This document shows positions 43,899-53,285 of a stretch of DNA of 64,000 bases, one piece after another; within the stretch, counting starts at the first letter, position 1; every line of letters begins with the position of its first letter. The notes under the pieces were generated by a model, which searched no databases, was not told where the DNA came from, and worked only from the letters and a program-made list of their open reading frames with translations. This DNA comes from an uncultured Acidobacteriaceae bacterium (GTDB lineage: Bacteria; Acidobacteriota; Terriglobia; Terriglobales; Acidobacteriaceae), in contig CAWIDB010000007.1 in NCBI GenBank assembly GCA_963834805.1, forward strand, positions 89,536 to 153,535, in the 5' to 3' direction. Made by a program: the position numbers and the translations under genes.

Positions 43899-44338
43899 AG
43901 GTCTACTTTGATACCAATGTGCTTGTTGCGGCGTTGAAGGCCGAACATTTTCACCATGCCCGATCCTTTGCGGCGATCCAGCGTGTACGTCGCGGGGAAT
44001 TGACTGGGTGCATTGCGGCGCAGAGTCTCGCGGAACTCTACTCCGTACTGACGCGCACACCATTTACCGTCCCAGTTTATCCAGATGAAGCGATGGATAT
44101 GATCGAGCAATCCATATTGCCATGTTTCGAGATTGTTGACGTAAACGCGCAGAGCTATGTGGCTGCGATTGCGGCGTGTGCCGGAGCGGGATGGAAGGGC
44201 GGGCGAGTGCATGACGCAGTGCATATCCAGGCTGCTACGCAGGCGAAGTGCGACTTGATCTATACGTTTGACGTTGCGCACTTTGAGGCCCTGGCACCGG
44301 AGTGGAGCGGCCGCATTCAGAGTCCTCCGGCAGCATAA
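43895..44338 (+). CDS. vapC: PIN-domain ribonuclease toxin (VapC-like)
   Basis: MKVYFDTNVLV (first acidic residue), later conserved D/E positions (...AESLAELY..., ...VHDAVH...), about 147 aa. Confidence 0.8.
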   Translation: MKVYFDTNVLVAALKAEHFHHARSFAAIQRVRRGELTGCIAAQSLAELYSVLTRTPFTVPVYPDEAMDMIEQSILPCFEIVDVNAQSYVAAIAACAGAGWKGGRVHDAVHIQAATQAKCDLIYTFDVAHFEALAPEWSGRIQSPPAA

Positions 44339-44407
44339 TAAGCTCAACAAGAGCAAGTCCCGATACAATAGAGGGTCGACGGCAGGAGTGCGACGAGGGA
44401 AGCGCGG

Positions 44408-45271
44408 ATGAGCTGGTTCAAGCGGGAAGACAACGAGATTGTCAACGATGCGCGCAAGACGGTGCGCACCGAGGGACTTTGGAAGCAGTGCGGAAGCTGC
44501 CGGCAGGCGATCTTCAAAAAGGACCTGGAGGCGAACCTGAACGTATGTCCGCAGTGCGGGTACCACTTCCATATTGGCGCGCAGCGAAGGATCCAGCTTT
44601 TGCTGGAGCCGGGCTACAAACTGGTGGATCTGGAGCTGCGCTCGACCGATCCGCTGGACTTTACCGATTTGAAGCGCTACCAGCACCGGCTGGCCGAGGC
44701 GCGCAAGAAGACCGGGCTGAACGACGCAATCGTAAATGCGGTGGGGATGCTGGGGCCGCACGCGGTGACGATGAGCGCGATGGAGTACGGATTTATCGGC
44801 GGCAGCATGGGTGCGGTGGTGGGCGAGACGATTGCACGGGCGGTGGACCGCTCGCTGACAACGCGGAACCCGCTGATCATCATTGCGGCATCGGGCGGGG
44901 CGCGGATGATGGAGGGGATTGTGTCGCTGATGCAGATGGCGAAGATCAGCGCGGGACTGGCGCGGCTGGACGACGCGAAGATTCCGTATATCTCGGTGAT
45001 GACGGACCCGACCACGGGCGGGGTGACGGCGAGCTTCGCCATGCTGGGCGATTTGAATATTGCGGAGCCGGGCGCGCTGATCGGGTTCGCCGGGCCGCGG
45101 GTGATCGAGCAGACGACAAGGCAGAAGCTGCCGGAGGGATTTCAACGGTCGGAGTTTTTATTGCAGCATGGGTTTCTGGATGCGATTGTGCGGCGCAAGG
45201 AGATGAAGAGCTACCTGGTGCAGGCGCTGAGTTGGATGGGTGCTGCGGGGAAGAGCGCGGCGGTGGCGTAG
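44408..45271 (+). CDS. accD: acetyl-CoA carboxylase carboxyltransferase beta subunit
   Basis: Zinc ribbon CGSCRQAIF...CPQCGYH. GFIGGSMGAVVGE, ASGGARMMEG. Confidence 0.95.
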   Translation: MSWFKREDNEIVNDARKTVRTEGLWKQCGSCRQAIFKKDLEANLNVCPQCGYHFHIGAQRRIQLLLEPGYKLVDLELRSTDPLDFTDLKRYQHRLAEARKKTGLNDAIVNAVGMLGPHAVTMSAMEYGFIGGSMGAVVGETIARAVDRSLTTRNPLIIIAASGGARMMEGIVSLMQMAKISAGLARLDDAKIPYISVMTDPTTGGVTASFAMLGDLNIAEPGALIGFAGPRVIEQTTRQKLPEGFQRSEFLLQHGFLDAIVRRKEMKSYLVQALSWMGAAGKSAAVA

Positions 45272-45311
45272 GAAGTGGCGACAATGATTTTTTGTCGCGA
45301 CGATCGGAACG

Positions 45312-45461
45312 TCCGGGGCTAAAGCCAGGTTTAATTATTAGCTTGATTCAGGGGGCTGAAGAGGGTGCTGAAAAGTCGATGTGTCGCTTTAAACCTGCCC
45401 TCAGCGGCTAAAACCGTATTGCAAATAAAGCGTTTTACGGCACGGGTAAACCCGTGCCCTT
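45312..45461. repeat. REP-type composite element (tccggggctaaagcc ... ttacggcacgggtaaacccgtgccctt)
   Basis: Shares both hairpin modules with 51009-51097 and the first with 35273-35340. Confidence 0.65.
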
Positions 45462-45579
45462 AAGCAAAACGGAGTTTTTCAGCAGCCTATGAAGCCCCCT
45501 GCTCCCTGCGAGGAGCAGGAGCGAGAAGTTCAGAAGCAGATTCCTCAGCTATGCTGCGGAATGACAAACAAAAAAGCAA

Positions 45580-45620
45580 CCCACCCATTCCGCAAAGAAC
45601 GCGGCATGGATGGGGCGCCC
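45580..45620. repeat. Rep-A element copy (reverse orientation)
   Basis: cccacccattccgcaaagaacgcggcatggatggggcgccc; nearly identical to 49447-49487. Confidence 0.7.
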
Positions 45621-45630
45621 AGCAGCCAGT

Positions 45631-45945
45631 TCAACTGCGGCGAAGGATGCGGCGAAGCCAGAGGGTGCCGAGGGTGGCGAGGGCGAGGACCAGGACGACG
45701 AGACCGATGGGCAGACCGACGCGGCGATAGCTTAGGGCGAAGTCGATGGGATTATGCGCCACGCTGTTGTAGATGAGGATGAAGACGATGGCGCAGAGGG
45801 TGGCCGCGAAGAAGGCCATGAAACCCGAGGCGACGCCCATCAGGAGGCTGGCGAACCAGCCCAGGTTGCCGAGCGGCACTCCGAAGACGTAGCCGTTGGC
45901 GAAGGTACGCGGGGTTGCGGGCGCATTGCTGGGGGAATACTGCAT
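45631..45945 (-). CDS. small membrane protein (3 TM helices; hypothetical)
   Basis: 104 aa from the ATG at 45945. Helices LGWFASLLMGVASGFMAFFAATLCAIVFILIY and GLPIGLVVLVLALATLGTLWL. The longer ORF upstream is not hydrophobic or coding-like. Confidence 0.55.
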   Translation of the reverse strand: MQYSPSNAPATPRTFANGYVFGVPLGNLGWFASLLMGVASGFMAFFAATLCAIVFILIYNSVAHNPIDFALSYRRVGLPIGLVVLVLALATLGTLWLRRILRRS

Positions 45946-45967
45946 CGTACAGGTAGAATAACGTGTT

Positions 45968-46816
45968 ATGGCAGAGGTTGTGGGGACAATGGCAGAGAGC
46001 CTACAAAGCGGGCTGGTGCAGGCGACGCAGGTGGCGCGGGAGGCGGCGCTGCGCCGTGCGGCAAACGGGATTGCCTTTGCCGCATTCGGCGAGACGGGCT
46101 TGGACGATGCGGAGCTGGTGCGCATGGTGCAGGCAGTGCCGTCTGCGGTGGGCGCGGCGCTGGAGCGCAAGACGTACTACTTTGTGCCGCTGGCCCTGGC
46201 CGAGGGACGCGGCAGTGAGTTCACAGGCCACCGCAGCGGCAACGAGGAGACGATGATCTCGCCGGTGTACACGGCGGAGCTTGCCGATCTGGCGATCTGC
46301 CATCGCAATGTGGCGCTGGGCGGCGGGGTCGCGGATGCGGACGAAGAGGGACGCGAGGGGGTCTTTATATCGACGCGGCTGCTGAACGACCGCTTTTCGC
46401 TGGCCTTTGAGCTGTTCATCAATGTGGGGCATGCGTTTGTGGACGTGGCAGGGGTTCCGGAGAGCTTCAGCGAACTGGCGTGGAACCAGGCGGTTGCCGA
46501 CGTGAGGGGCGAGACCAGCCTGGATGCGTGGGAGAGCCGGGCGCAGGCCGTGGGCGGAGGCCAATACGCGGAGCGCGACGGCCGGCCGAGGATCGACGAG
46601 AAGGCCAAGACGGATTACCTGGAGGCGGCGTTCTCCGACGCGGTTGCGATTTATATGCTGTCGCTGGCGGTGGACTTCGACTACTCCGAGCTGAGAGAAC
46701 GCGAGTACCCGCTGCTTGCGCCGCAGGCCCTGGCGGACAGGTTGCGGCTGGTGGCGCGGCTGTTCCCGCCGAATGCGGAGTACGAGTTTGCGATTCGGTA
46801 TCGGCGCAGGGCGTAA
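45968..46816 (+). CDS. hypothetical protein
   Basis: 282-aa ORF with normal amino-acid composition, divergent from 45631..45945. No motif recognised. Confidence 0.55.
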   Translation: MAEVVGTMAESLQSGLVQATQVAREAALRRAANGIAFAAFGETGLDDAELVRMVQAVPSAVGAALERKTYYFVPLALAEGRGSEFTGHRSGNEETMISPVYTAELADLAICHRNVALGGGVADADEEGREGVFISTRLLNDRFSLAFELFINVGHAFVDVAGVPESFSELAWNQAVADVRGETSLDAWESRAQAVGGGQYAERDGRPRIDEKAKTDYLEAAFSDAVAIYMLSLAVDFDYSELREREYPLLAPQALADRLRLVARLFPPNAEYEFAIRYRRRA

Positions 46817-46821
46817 GGGGA

Positions 46822-47754
46822 TCAGCCGTAGTTTTCGGGGAGGCCGGAGGGCCAGGTGAGGTTGGCGACCGGGGCGACGCTGGCGCGAATCTCTTCAAGC
46901 AGGGCTGGATCGAACCGCAGATCGAGGTACTTGAGATTGCCTTCGACATGCTTGCGCGAGGACATGCCGACCAGAGTGCTGGCGACGGCGGGGTGGTCGA
47001 GGCAGAAGCGGAGGGCAAGCTCGGAGGCGTCGACGCCGTGGGCGCGGCAGAGGGCGACCACGCGCTGGCCTGCGTCGCGCACCTCTTGCGGGGCTGGATG
47101 CCAGGCGGGCGCGCCGCGCTCGGTGATGATACCCATGTGCAGCGGCGATGCGTTGATGATGCCGATGCCGTGCTGTTTGGCGAAGGGGATGAGCGTGGAG
47201 TCCATGTCGTCGATCATGAGGTTGTAGCGGCAGTAGGTGAGGATGGAGTCGACCGGGACCTGGGCGGCGATGGCCATGAGGTTCTTGAGCGAGTAGCCGG
47301 TGATGCCGATGAAGCGGGCCTTGCCCTGCGCTTGCAGCTTGCGCATGGCGGGGACGGTCTCTTCGACGATCTGGCGGGCGTCGCCGAACTCGACGTCGTG
47401 GGCCTGCAGGAGATCGACGTAGTCGGTGCGCAGGCGGGAGAGCGAGTCTTCGATGCCGGCGGTGATGCGTGCGGCGGAAAAGTCGAACTCGTCCGCGCCG
47501 TAGCGGCCGCACTTGGTGGCAAGGATGACCTGCTGGCGCAGGCCGACGAGCGCCTCGCCGAGGCGGGTTTCGGCCAGAGTGAGGCCATAGTAGGGGGAGA
47601 CATCGAAGTAGTTGATGCCTCGCTCGACCGCGAAATGAACGGCGGCGGCGCCCTCGGCGGGATCGGTGTGGCGAAAGACGTCGCCCAGCGGCGAAGCGCC
47701 GTAGCCAAGGATTGAGACGCGCAGCGATGTGTTGCCCAGTTGACGGTATTCCAT
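46822..47754 (-). CDS. aldo/keto reductase, L-galactose/L-fucose (D-threo-aldose) 1-dehydrogenase-like
   Basis: MEYRQLGNTSLRVSILGYGASPLG...GINYFDVSPYYG...ATKCGRY...DYVDLLQAHDVEF closely parallels plant L-galactose dehydrogenase-type AKRs. Confidence 0.8.
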   Translation of the reverse strand: MEYRQLGNTSLRVSILGYGASPLGDVFRHTDPAEGAAAVHFAVERGINYFDVSPYYGLTLAETRLGEALVGLRQQVILATKCGRYGADEFDFSAARITAGIEDSLSRLRTDYVDLLQAHDVEFGDARQIVEETVPAMRKLQAQGKARFIGITGYSLKNLMAIAAQVPVDSILTYCRYNLMIDDMDSTLIPFAKQHGIGIINASPLHMGIITERGAPAWHPAPQEVRDAGQRVVALCRAHGVDASELALRFCLDHPAVASTLVGMSSRKHVEGNLKYLDLRFDPALLEEIRASVAPVANLTWPSGLPENYG

Positions 47755-47787
47755 GGTTGCCCTCGTGCAGGTTGAATTGCGACTTGG

Positions 47788-49419
47788 TTAGATTATTCCG
47801 CAGAGATGGACATCGATGCCAAGCTCGGCCATCATTGCGGCTTTGGCGGCGAGTGCGCGATCGGCCTGCTCGGCGGTGTCGGTGTAGGCGACGTTGACGT
47901 GGTTGGCGGGATGGCGCGCCATGAACTGGTCGCGCGAGATGCCGTGCAGCAGGACGTGCATGATGGGCCACTGCGGGGTGACCGATTGCAGGCGGCGCTC
48001 GGTTTCCTCGGCGGGAAGCTCGATGGCATTGGCTCGGCCGATGTCCGCGTGGAGCTTGCCGCCCTCGCTGAAGACGCGGCTCCAGACGACAGGGCCGGGC
48101 TTGCAGACGCCCTTGAGGGTCCCTCCGCCGAGGCGGAAGTACATGGGCGGCTGGCGTTCGCTGCGCGCGCAGGCGTAGCCGCCGACGATGTGCGATGCGG
48201 GGACGGCGCCGGAGATCTGGAAGAGCCAGACGAAGTCGTCTTTATACTGCTCGCCCCAGCGTACGTCGTGGAGGGTTGTGGCGGGGTCGAGGCGCATGGC
48301 GGTCCAGACGCGATTGGTGAGGATGAGGTCGAGGCCGCAGCACTCGTCTACTTCATTGAAGTGCGGCAGCGGGCGGCCGGCGTAGAGCTCTTTGCCCGCG
48401 GCGTCGAAGGCTGGCGGACGGTCTACATTGTTGAGCAGGCCCTCGACCAGGTCGGAGGCGGGGACGAGGTCCTTGAGGCCCTGCTGGTACTGGATGCCGA
48501 TGGCGTCGCAGCCGAAGTCATCGGCGATGCGCAGGGCGGCGATGTACATCTTGCACTGCTGGAGGACCTGCGCGTCGGTGAGGTCGGTCTCTTCATTGGG
48601 GCCGGTGACGAAGGTGATGCCGCTGCGATCGAGCCAGGCGCGGATTTTTTGTGCCTCCGCGTCAGTGACGTTCTGCATGGCGGCGACGAGGGCGGACTGG
48701 CTGAGGCGCTCCTTGAAGACGCCGGTGGCGTTGAGCAGGCTGTCTTCGATGATGGCGTTGAACATGCCCATGCAGCCTTCGTCGAATACGCCGAGGATGG
48801 CTTTGCGGGCCTTGAGGACCCTGGCGAGAGCGACGCCGAGCTGGCGCTCGGGCTGGGGGAGTTTAGATACGTCGAGCGGATGAACGTGGGAGAGGTCGTG
48901 GTCGATTTTTCCCTCGCGAATCCACTGGCGGAGGCCGTTGAGGAAGAAGGGGTCGTCGAAGTCCTTGGTCCAGATGGTGCTGAACTTGACGCCCGCCTTG
49001 CGCAGACAGCCGTTGAGGTTGAGCATTCCGACCAGGCCGGGCCACTGGCCGGACCAATTGGCAACGGTGAGGATGGGGCCGCGATGGCTGAGCAGGCCGG
49101 CGAGGACGTGGTGGCTGTACTGCCAGACGGACTCGACGACGACGAGGGGCGATGTGGGGTCGATGGCGGCGAAGACATCCATTCCCATGCGCTGATTGAA
49201 GATGAAGCCGTGCTTGAGGTCTTCGCGGTAGGGATGTGCGCGGCGGACCTTGAGGCCCTCGGCTGCGAAGGCTGCGATGACGGCACGCTCGGCCTCGGCC
49301 TGGGCGGGCCAGCAGACCTGGTTGGCCGATTGACGCAGATCGCCATTCGCGATGAGAAGGACTTCGCCGGGGACGGCTGCAATGGGAGATTCGATCTCGG
49401 GAACGGAATACGCTGACAT
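47788..49419 (-). CDS. L-fucose/L-arabinose isomerase-superfamily sugar isomerase
   Basis: 543 aa from the ATG at 49419 (RBS aaggagaaa). The length and the N-terminal IANGDLRQSAN... pattern resemble FucI-like isomerases. The assignment is by family only. Confidence 0.65.
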   Translation of the reverse strand: MSAYSVPEIESPIAAVPGEVLLIANGDLRQSANQVCWPAQAEAERAVIAAFAAEGLKVRRAHPYREDLKHGFIFNQRMGMDVFAAIDPTSPLVVVESVWQYSHHVLAGLLSHRGPILTVANWSGQWPGLVGMLNLNGCLRKAGVKFSTIWTKDFDDPFFLNGLRQWIREGKIDHDLSHVHPLDVSKLPQPERQLGVALARVLKARKAILGVFDEGCMGMFNAIIEDSLLNATGVFKERLSQSALVAAMQNVTDAEAQKIRAWLDRSGITFVTGPNEETDLTDAQVLQQCKMYIAALRIADDFGCDAIGIQYQQGLKDLVPASDLVEGLLNNVDRPPAFDAAGKELYAGRPLPHFNEVDECCGLDLILTNRVWTAMRLDPATTLHDVRWGEQYKDDFVWLFQISGAVPASHIVGGYACARSERQPPMYFRLGGGTLKGVCKPGPVVWSRVFSEGGKLHADIGRANAIELPAEETERRLQSVTPQWPIMHVLLHGISRDQFMARHPANHVNVAYTDTAEQADRALAAKAAMMAELGIDVHLCGII

Positions 49420-49446
49420 TTTTCTCCTTACATGGTTCTCTGCAAT

Positions 49447-49487
49447 CCCACCCATTCCGCAAAGAACGCGGAATGAATGGGGCACCC
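49447..49487. repeat. Rep-A element copy between rhaB and the isomerase gene
   Basis: cccacccattccgcaaagaacgcggaatgaatggggcaccc; hairpin ccattccgc / gcggaatg. Confidence 0.7.
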
Positions 49488-49501
49488 AGTTCCTTCGGTT
49501 G

Positions 49502-50998
49502 TCACACCTCCGGTGGCTGCGATGAGGCGGCTTCCAGTCTGGTGTAGAGGGCCTGGGCATCGGACCAATTGACGGCGGGTTGCGGTGTGTAGGTGATGCA
49601 CTGGATGGATTCTCCGAGGGAGGCGCGACCGGCAGCGACGTTGGGCAATGCTCCTGTGGCGACCGCCTGAAGCATGACATTGCCCAGCGCGGAGGCCTCC
49701 ACAGGCCCACTCACCACGGTACAACCGCAGGCGTCGGATGTCATCTGGCAGAGGAAGGCATTGAGACATCCTCCGCCGACTACGCGGAGGGTGCGAATGT
49801 CGCGTCCGGTGAGCGATTGCAGCGCATCGTGGGTGGACCAGTAGGAGAGGCTGAGGCTCTCGAAGCAACAGCGGGCGAAGTCGCCGACGGATTCGGGAAC
49901 GGGCTGGGCGGTGGATTGACAGTAGGCGCGAATGGCCTGGAGCATGTCCGCGGGGGCAAGAAACTCACTGGCGCCGGGATAGAGGATGGAGCGGAAGGGC
50001 TGGGCCTGCGTGGCGGCGGCGATGAGGTGGTCCCAGGTGTAGGCGTGGCCCGCGATCTCCCACTGGCGAAGGCACTCCTGCAGGAGCCAGAGGCCGGTGA
50101 GGTTGCGCAGGAGAAGCGTGGAGCCGCCGCACCCTCCCTCGTTGGTGAAGTGCAACTGGCAGGCGCGTGGAGTGGCGATGGGAGCGTCGAGCTCGACGCC
50201 CATGAGGCTCCATGTGCCGCTGCTGATGAATGCGGAGTGGGCATCGAGATTGGGGATGGAGGCGACGGCGCTGGCTGTATCGTGCGATGCGACGGCAATG
50301 ACAGGGAAAGTTTTGCTGAATCCGCAGAGGTCGAGGAGATCGCGGCGGACTTCGGAGAGGATGGTTGCGGGGGCGACGACCGGGGGCAGAATGCGATCGG
50401 GAATGGAGAGGGTGCGGAGCAGGGAGCGGTGCCAGTCGCGCGCGGCGTGGTTGTACATTTCGGCGGTGGAGGCCTCGGTGTATTCGACAGCTTTCACGCC
50501 TCCGAGGAAGAAGTTGAAGAGGTCGGGAATCATGAGCAGGGTTTCGGCGGAGTCGAGTTTGGGGTCGCCGGCCAAGACCATGGAGTAGAGCTGGAAGAGG
50601 GTGTTGTAGGGAAACGACTGCACGCCGAGGGCGGCGAAGAGATCGGCTTCGGAGATGCGCTGGAAGAGGCGCTGGGGAATGCCGATAGTGCGGGGGTCGC
50701 GATAGTGGGAGGGATTGTCGATCAGGCGTCCGAGGCGGTCGATCAGGGCGAAGTCGACACCCCAGGCGTCGACGGCGATTCCGGCGGGCGGGCCGGCGAA
50801 GCGCGAACGAACTTTGCTGAGGCCGGTTTGGACCTCCGACCAGATTCGCAGCGCGTCCCAGTAGATGCTGCCGTGCAGGCTGACGCCGGAGTTGGGGAAA
50901 CGGTGCAACTCGCTGAGGGTGAACCTGCGGCCGTCCCATTGGCCGACCATCAACCGGCCACTGGCTGCGCCCAGATCGACGGCGACGAAGTGTGACAT
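49502..50998 (-). CDS. rhaB: rhamnulokinase (FGGY carbohydrate kinase)
   Basis: MSHFVAVDLGAASGRLMVGQWDG..LSELHRFPN parallels the E. coli RhaB N-terminus (AVDLGASSGRVM...IHRFNN). FGGY C-terminal domain present. Confidence 0.85.
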   Translation of the reverse strand: MSHFVAVDLGAASGRLMVGQWDGRRFTLSELHRFPNSGVSLHGSIYWDALRIWSEVQTGLSKVRSRFAGPPAGIAVDAWGVDFALIDRLGRLIDNPSHYRDPRTIGIPQRLFQRISEADLFAALGVQSFPYNTLFQLYSMVLAGDPKLDSAETLLMIPDLFNFFLGGVKAVEYTEASTAEMYNHAARDWHRSLLRTLSIPDRILPPVVAPATILSEVRRDLLDLCGFSKTFPVIAVASHDTASAVASIPNLDAHSAFISSGTWSLMGVELDAPIATPRACQLHFTNEGGCGGSTLLLRNLTGLWLLQECLRQWEIAGHAYTWDHLIAAATQAQPFRSILYPGASEFLAPADMLQAIRAYCQSTAQPVPESVGDFARCCFESLSLSYWSTHDALQSLTGRDIRTLRVVGGGCLNAFLCQMTSDACGCTVVSGPVEASALGNVMLQAVATGALPNVAAGRASLGESIQCITYTPQPAVNWSDAQALYTRLEAASSQPPEV

Positions 50999-51008
50999 AT
51001 GGCCCTCA

Positions 51009-51097
51009 GGGGCTAAAGCCCCATTCCTCTAGCGGCGATTACGGCACGGGTAAACCCGTGCCCTTCCGTTCCATAAGCTCTGCCCTTCGGCACAGGG
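51009..51097. repeat. REP-type composite element (ggggctaaagcccc ... ttacggcacgggtaaacccgtgccctt)
   Basis: Two perfect hairpins, the same modules as 45312-45461. Confidence 0.65.
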
Positions 51098-51655
51098 CTA
51101 CTGGTCGTCGAAGAGGAGGATGGCGGCTGCGATGGTGGTGGTCCAGCGGCCATTTTTGTCGCCGACGGCGGACTGGGTGACATTGGCGGTGCGGACGATT
51201 TTGTTGGAGATGCGGTAGATCTCCTTCTTCTCGTCCCAGCTCTTGTCGGGGTCGAAGTCGACGTCGAGGGTGGTGGCGAGCATCTCGGCGGCGAGTTCTT
51301 CGGCGTAGTCTCCGGCCTGGTCCTCGGTCTCGCCGAAGCTGTGGTGCTCGGAGAGATAGCCGTAGGTGGTGCGGTCGGTGGGGATGGCGACACCGATGGA
51401 GCTGACGACCAGGCGATGGGCCTCGCGGGTAGAATTTTCCGCGATGACGGCGAAGACCACCTCGCCGAGGTTGAGGCACTTGAGCCCCTCCTTGCGGGTG
51501 ATGAGCTTGCATCGCGGAGGGAAGATGGAGGAGACGCGGACGAGATTCTGAGCGGCGATACCGGCGTCGCGCAGCGCGAGCTCGAAGCTGGTGAGGCGTT
51601 CTTTATGTTTGCCGACGCCCTTGGTGAAGAAGAGGCGCGTGGGAACCATGTTCAT
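51098..51655 (-). CDS. pdaD: pyruvoyl-dependent arginine decarboxylase
   Basis: [31 protein letters not shown]...LVRVSSIFP (self-cleavage Ser-Ser site). Start placed at Met 51655/51649. Confidence 0.85.
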   Translation of the reverse strand: MNMVPTRLFFTKGVGKHKERLTSFELALRDAGIAAQNLVRVSSIFPPRCKLITRKEGLKCLNLGEVVFAVIAENSTREAHRLVVSSIGVAIPTDRTTYGYLSEHHSFGETEDQAGDYAEELAAEMLATTLDVDFDPDKSWDEKKEIYRISNKIVRTANVTQSAVGDKNGRWTTTIAAAILLFDDQ

Positions 51656-52110
51656 GCCCAATTGGGAAGACCCTCCAGAGAGAAGCGAGATGCGGCGCCC
51701 AACAGTATTGGACGGCGGCAGGTGCATAGACCGTGTCAAAGTTATCACAGTGGGCGGGGAAATGGGTTACGGAGCGGTTTTGCTTGGGGAAAAAGGTTGG
51801 AACAGGAGGCAGGCGGGACGTGGCGCCGCGCAGGAGCAACAGGGAGGGACGGAGCAGAACAGAGCGCGGAAGAGGACGATTCGCGGAGGCCGGAGGTGGA
51901 AAAAATCAAAAAGGCCATAAAGAATGACGTGGGACGCACCCCATCCGGGTGAAATCTCTGTTATTTTTTAAGTACGCACTGTTCTCTCCGTTTCAAACAT
52001 TATCTGTAACTTTTTGGTCTCTGGACTCGCCTACTACGATGTGGGAAGGGTGTGCCTCAGATGCCGCGTCAATTCCAAGGAACTCTATTTTAAGGAGCCG
52101 AGAAAATACC

Positions 52111-53127
52111 ATGAAAAAATACAAACTCGAATACATATGGCTTGACGGAAAAAAACCTGTACCCGGGCTGCGCGGCAAGACCCAAATCAAATCGTTTGAA
52201 AAGCCCCCCAAACTTGCCGATCTACCGTTGTGGGGCTTCGACGGCAGTTCCACGATGCAGGCTGAAGGCAAGAGTTCGGACTGCATCCTGAAGCCGGTGG
52301 CGTTGTATCCGGACGCGAGCCGCAAGGACGCGTATATCGTTCTGAGCGAGGTAATGCATCCGGACGGCACTCCGCACCCGACCAACTATCGCGCAACGAT
52401 CAAGAACGACCCCGATTTTTGGGTTGGATTTGAGCAGGAGTACTTCCTGTTCAAGGATGGGCGTCCCCTGGGCTTCCCGAAGGATGGCCACCCCAGCATT
52501 CCCCAGTTCCCGTACTACTGCGGGGTTGGCTACAAGTACATGGGCAGCATCGCGCGCCAGATCGTGGAAGAACATCTGGACCTGTGTCTGGAGGCCGGGA
52601 TCAATCATGAAGGCATCAACGCCGAGGTTGCGAAGGGGCAGTGGGAGTTCCAGATATTCGCCAAAGGCTCAGCCAAGGCGGCGGACGACCTGTGGACGGC
52701 GCGCTACCTGATGGCGCGACTGTGCGAGAAGCATGAGGTGGACCTGGAGCTGTATTGCAAACCGATCAAGGGCGACTGGAACGGGTCTGGGATGCACACC
52801 AACTTCTCCACCAAGCACCTGCGCGAGGTGGGGGGCAAGAAGTACCTGGAGGCGCTGATGAAGGCGTTCGCGGACAACATCGCGGCGCACATCGATGTAT
52901 ATGGGCCGGACAACCATCTGCGCCTGACCGGGCTGCATGAGACGCAGGCCATCGACAAGTTCAACTATGCCTTGTCGGACCGCGGGGCTTCGGTGCGGCT
53001 GCCGGTGAACTTCATCAAGAACGGCTACAAGGGCTACCTGGAAGACCGGCGTCCGAACTCGGAGGCCGATCCCTACCAGATCGTCTCGCGCATTCTGAAG
53101 ACGATCAGCACAGTGAAGGCGGTCTAA
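52111..53127 (+). CDS. glnII: glutamine synthetase, type II (eukaryote-like GSII)
   Basis: 338 aa from the ATG at 52111 (RBS aaggag). KLEYIWLDG..., WGFDGSST, GFEQEYFLF, HTNFS and a C-terminal GYLEDRRP(N/A)S motif. Confidence 0.9.
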   Translation: MKKYKLEYIWLDGKKPVPGLRGKTQIKSFEKPPKLADLPLWGFDGSSTMQAEGKSSDCILKPVALYPDASRKDAYIVLSEVMHPDGTPHPTNYRATIKNDPDFWVGFEQEYFLFKDGRPLGFPKDGHPSIPQFPYYCGVGYKYMGSIARQIVEEHLDLCLEAGINHEGINAEVAKGQWEFQIFAKGSAKAADDLWTARYLMARLCEKHEVDLELYCKPIKGDWNGSGMHTNFSTKHLREVGGKKYLEALMKAFADNIAAHIDVYGPDNHLRLTGLHETQAIDKFNYALSDRGASVRLPVNFIKNGYKGYLEDRRPNSEADPYQIVSRILKTISTVKAV

Positions 53128-53285
53128 TGCAAGCTGTGTAAAGCAACGAATTGAGAAGCACCTGGCGTTCTTTGGGCGTGGGGAAGTGGACGGCAAGCAT
53201 TGCTTTCCATCTCTCCACGCCCCTTCTATCATTGGATTGCAGGGGAATGGATCCCCACGCAGCCGAGCGGAACGGAGGAACGTGC

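Noticed and set aside
43571-45145. 524-aa minus-strand ORF spanning vapBC and accD.
   Set aside because: It is antisense to three genes with clear family signatures. The product is Arg/Pro/His/Leu-rich with no motifs.
47806-49416. 536-aa plus-strand ORF antisense to the FucI-like isomerase, with further overlapping ORFs at 48423..49382 and 48863..49462.
   Set aside because: Gly/Ala/Asp/Val-rich antisense product. The minus-strand frame has balanced composition, an RBS and operon context.
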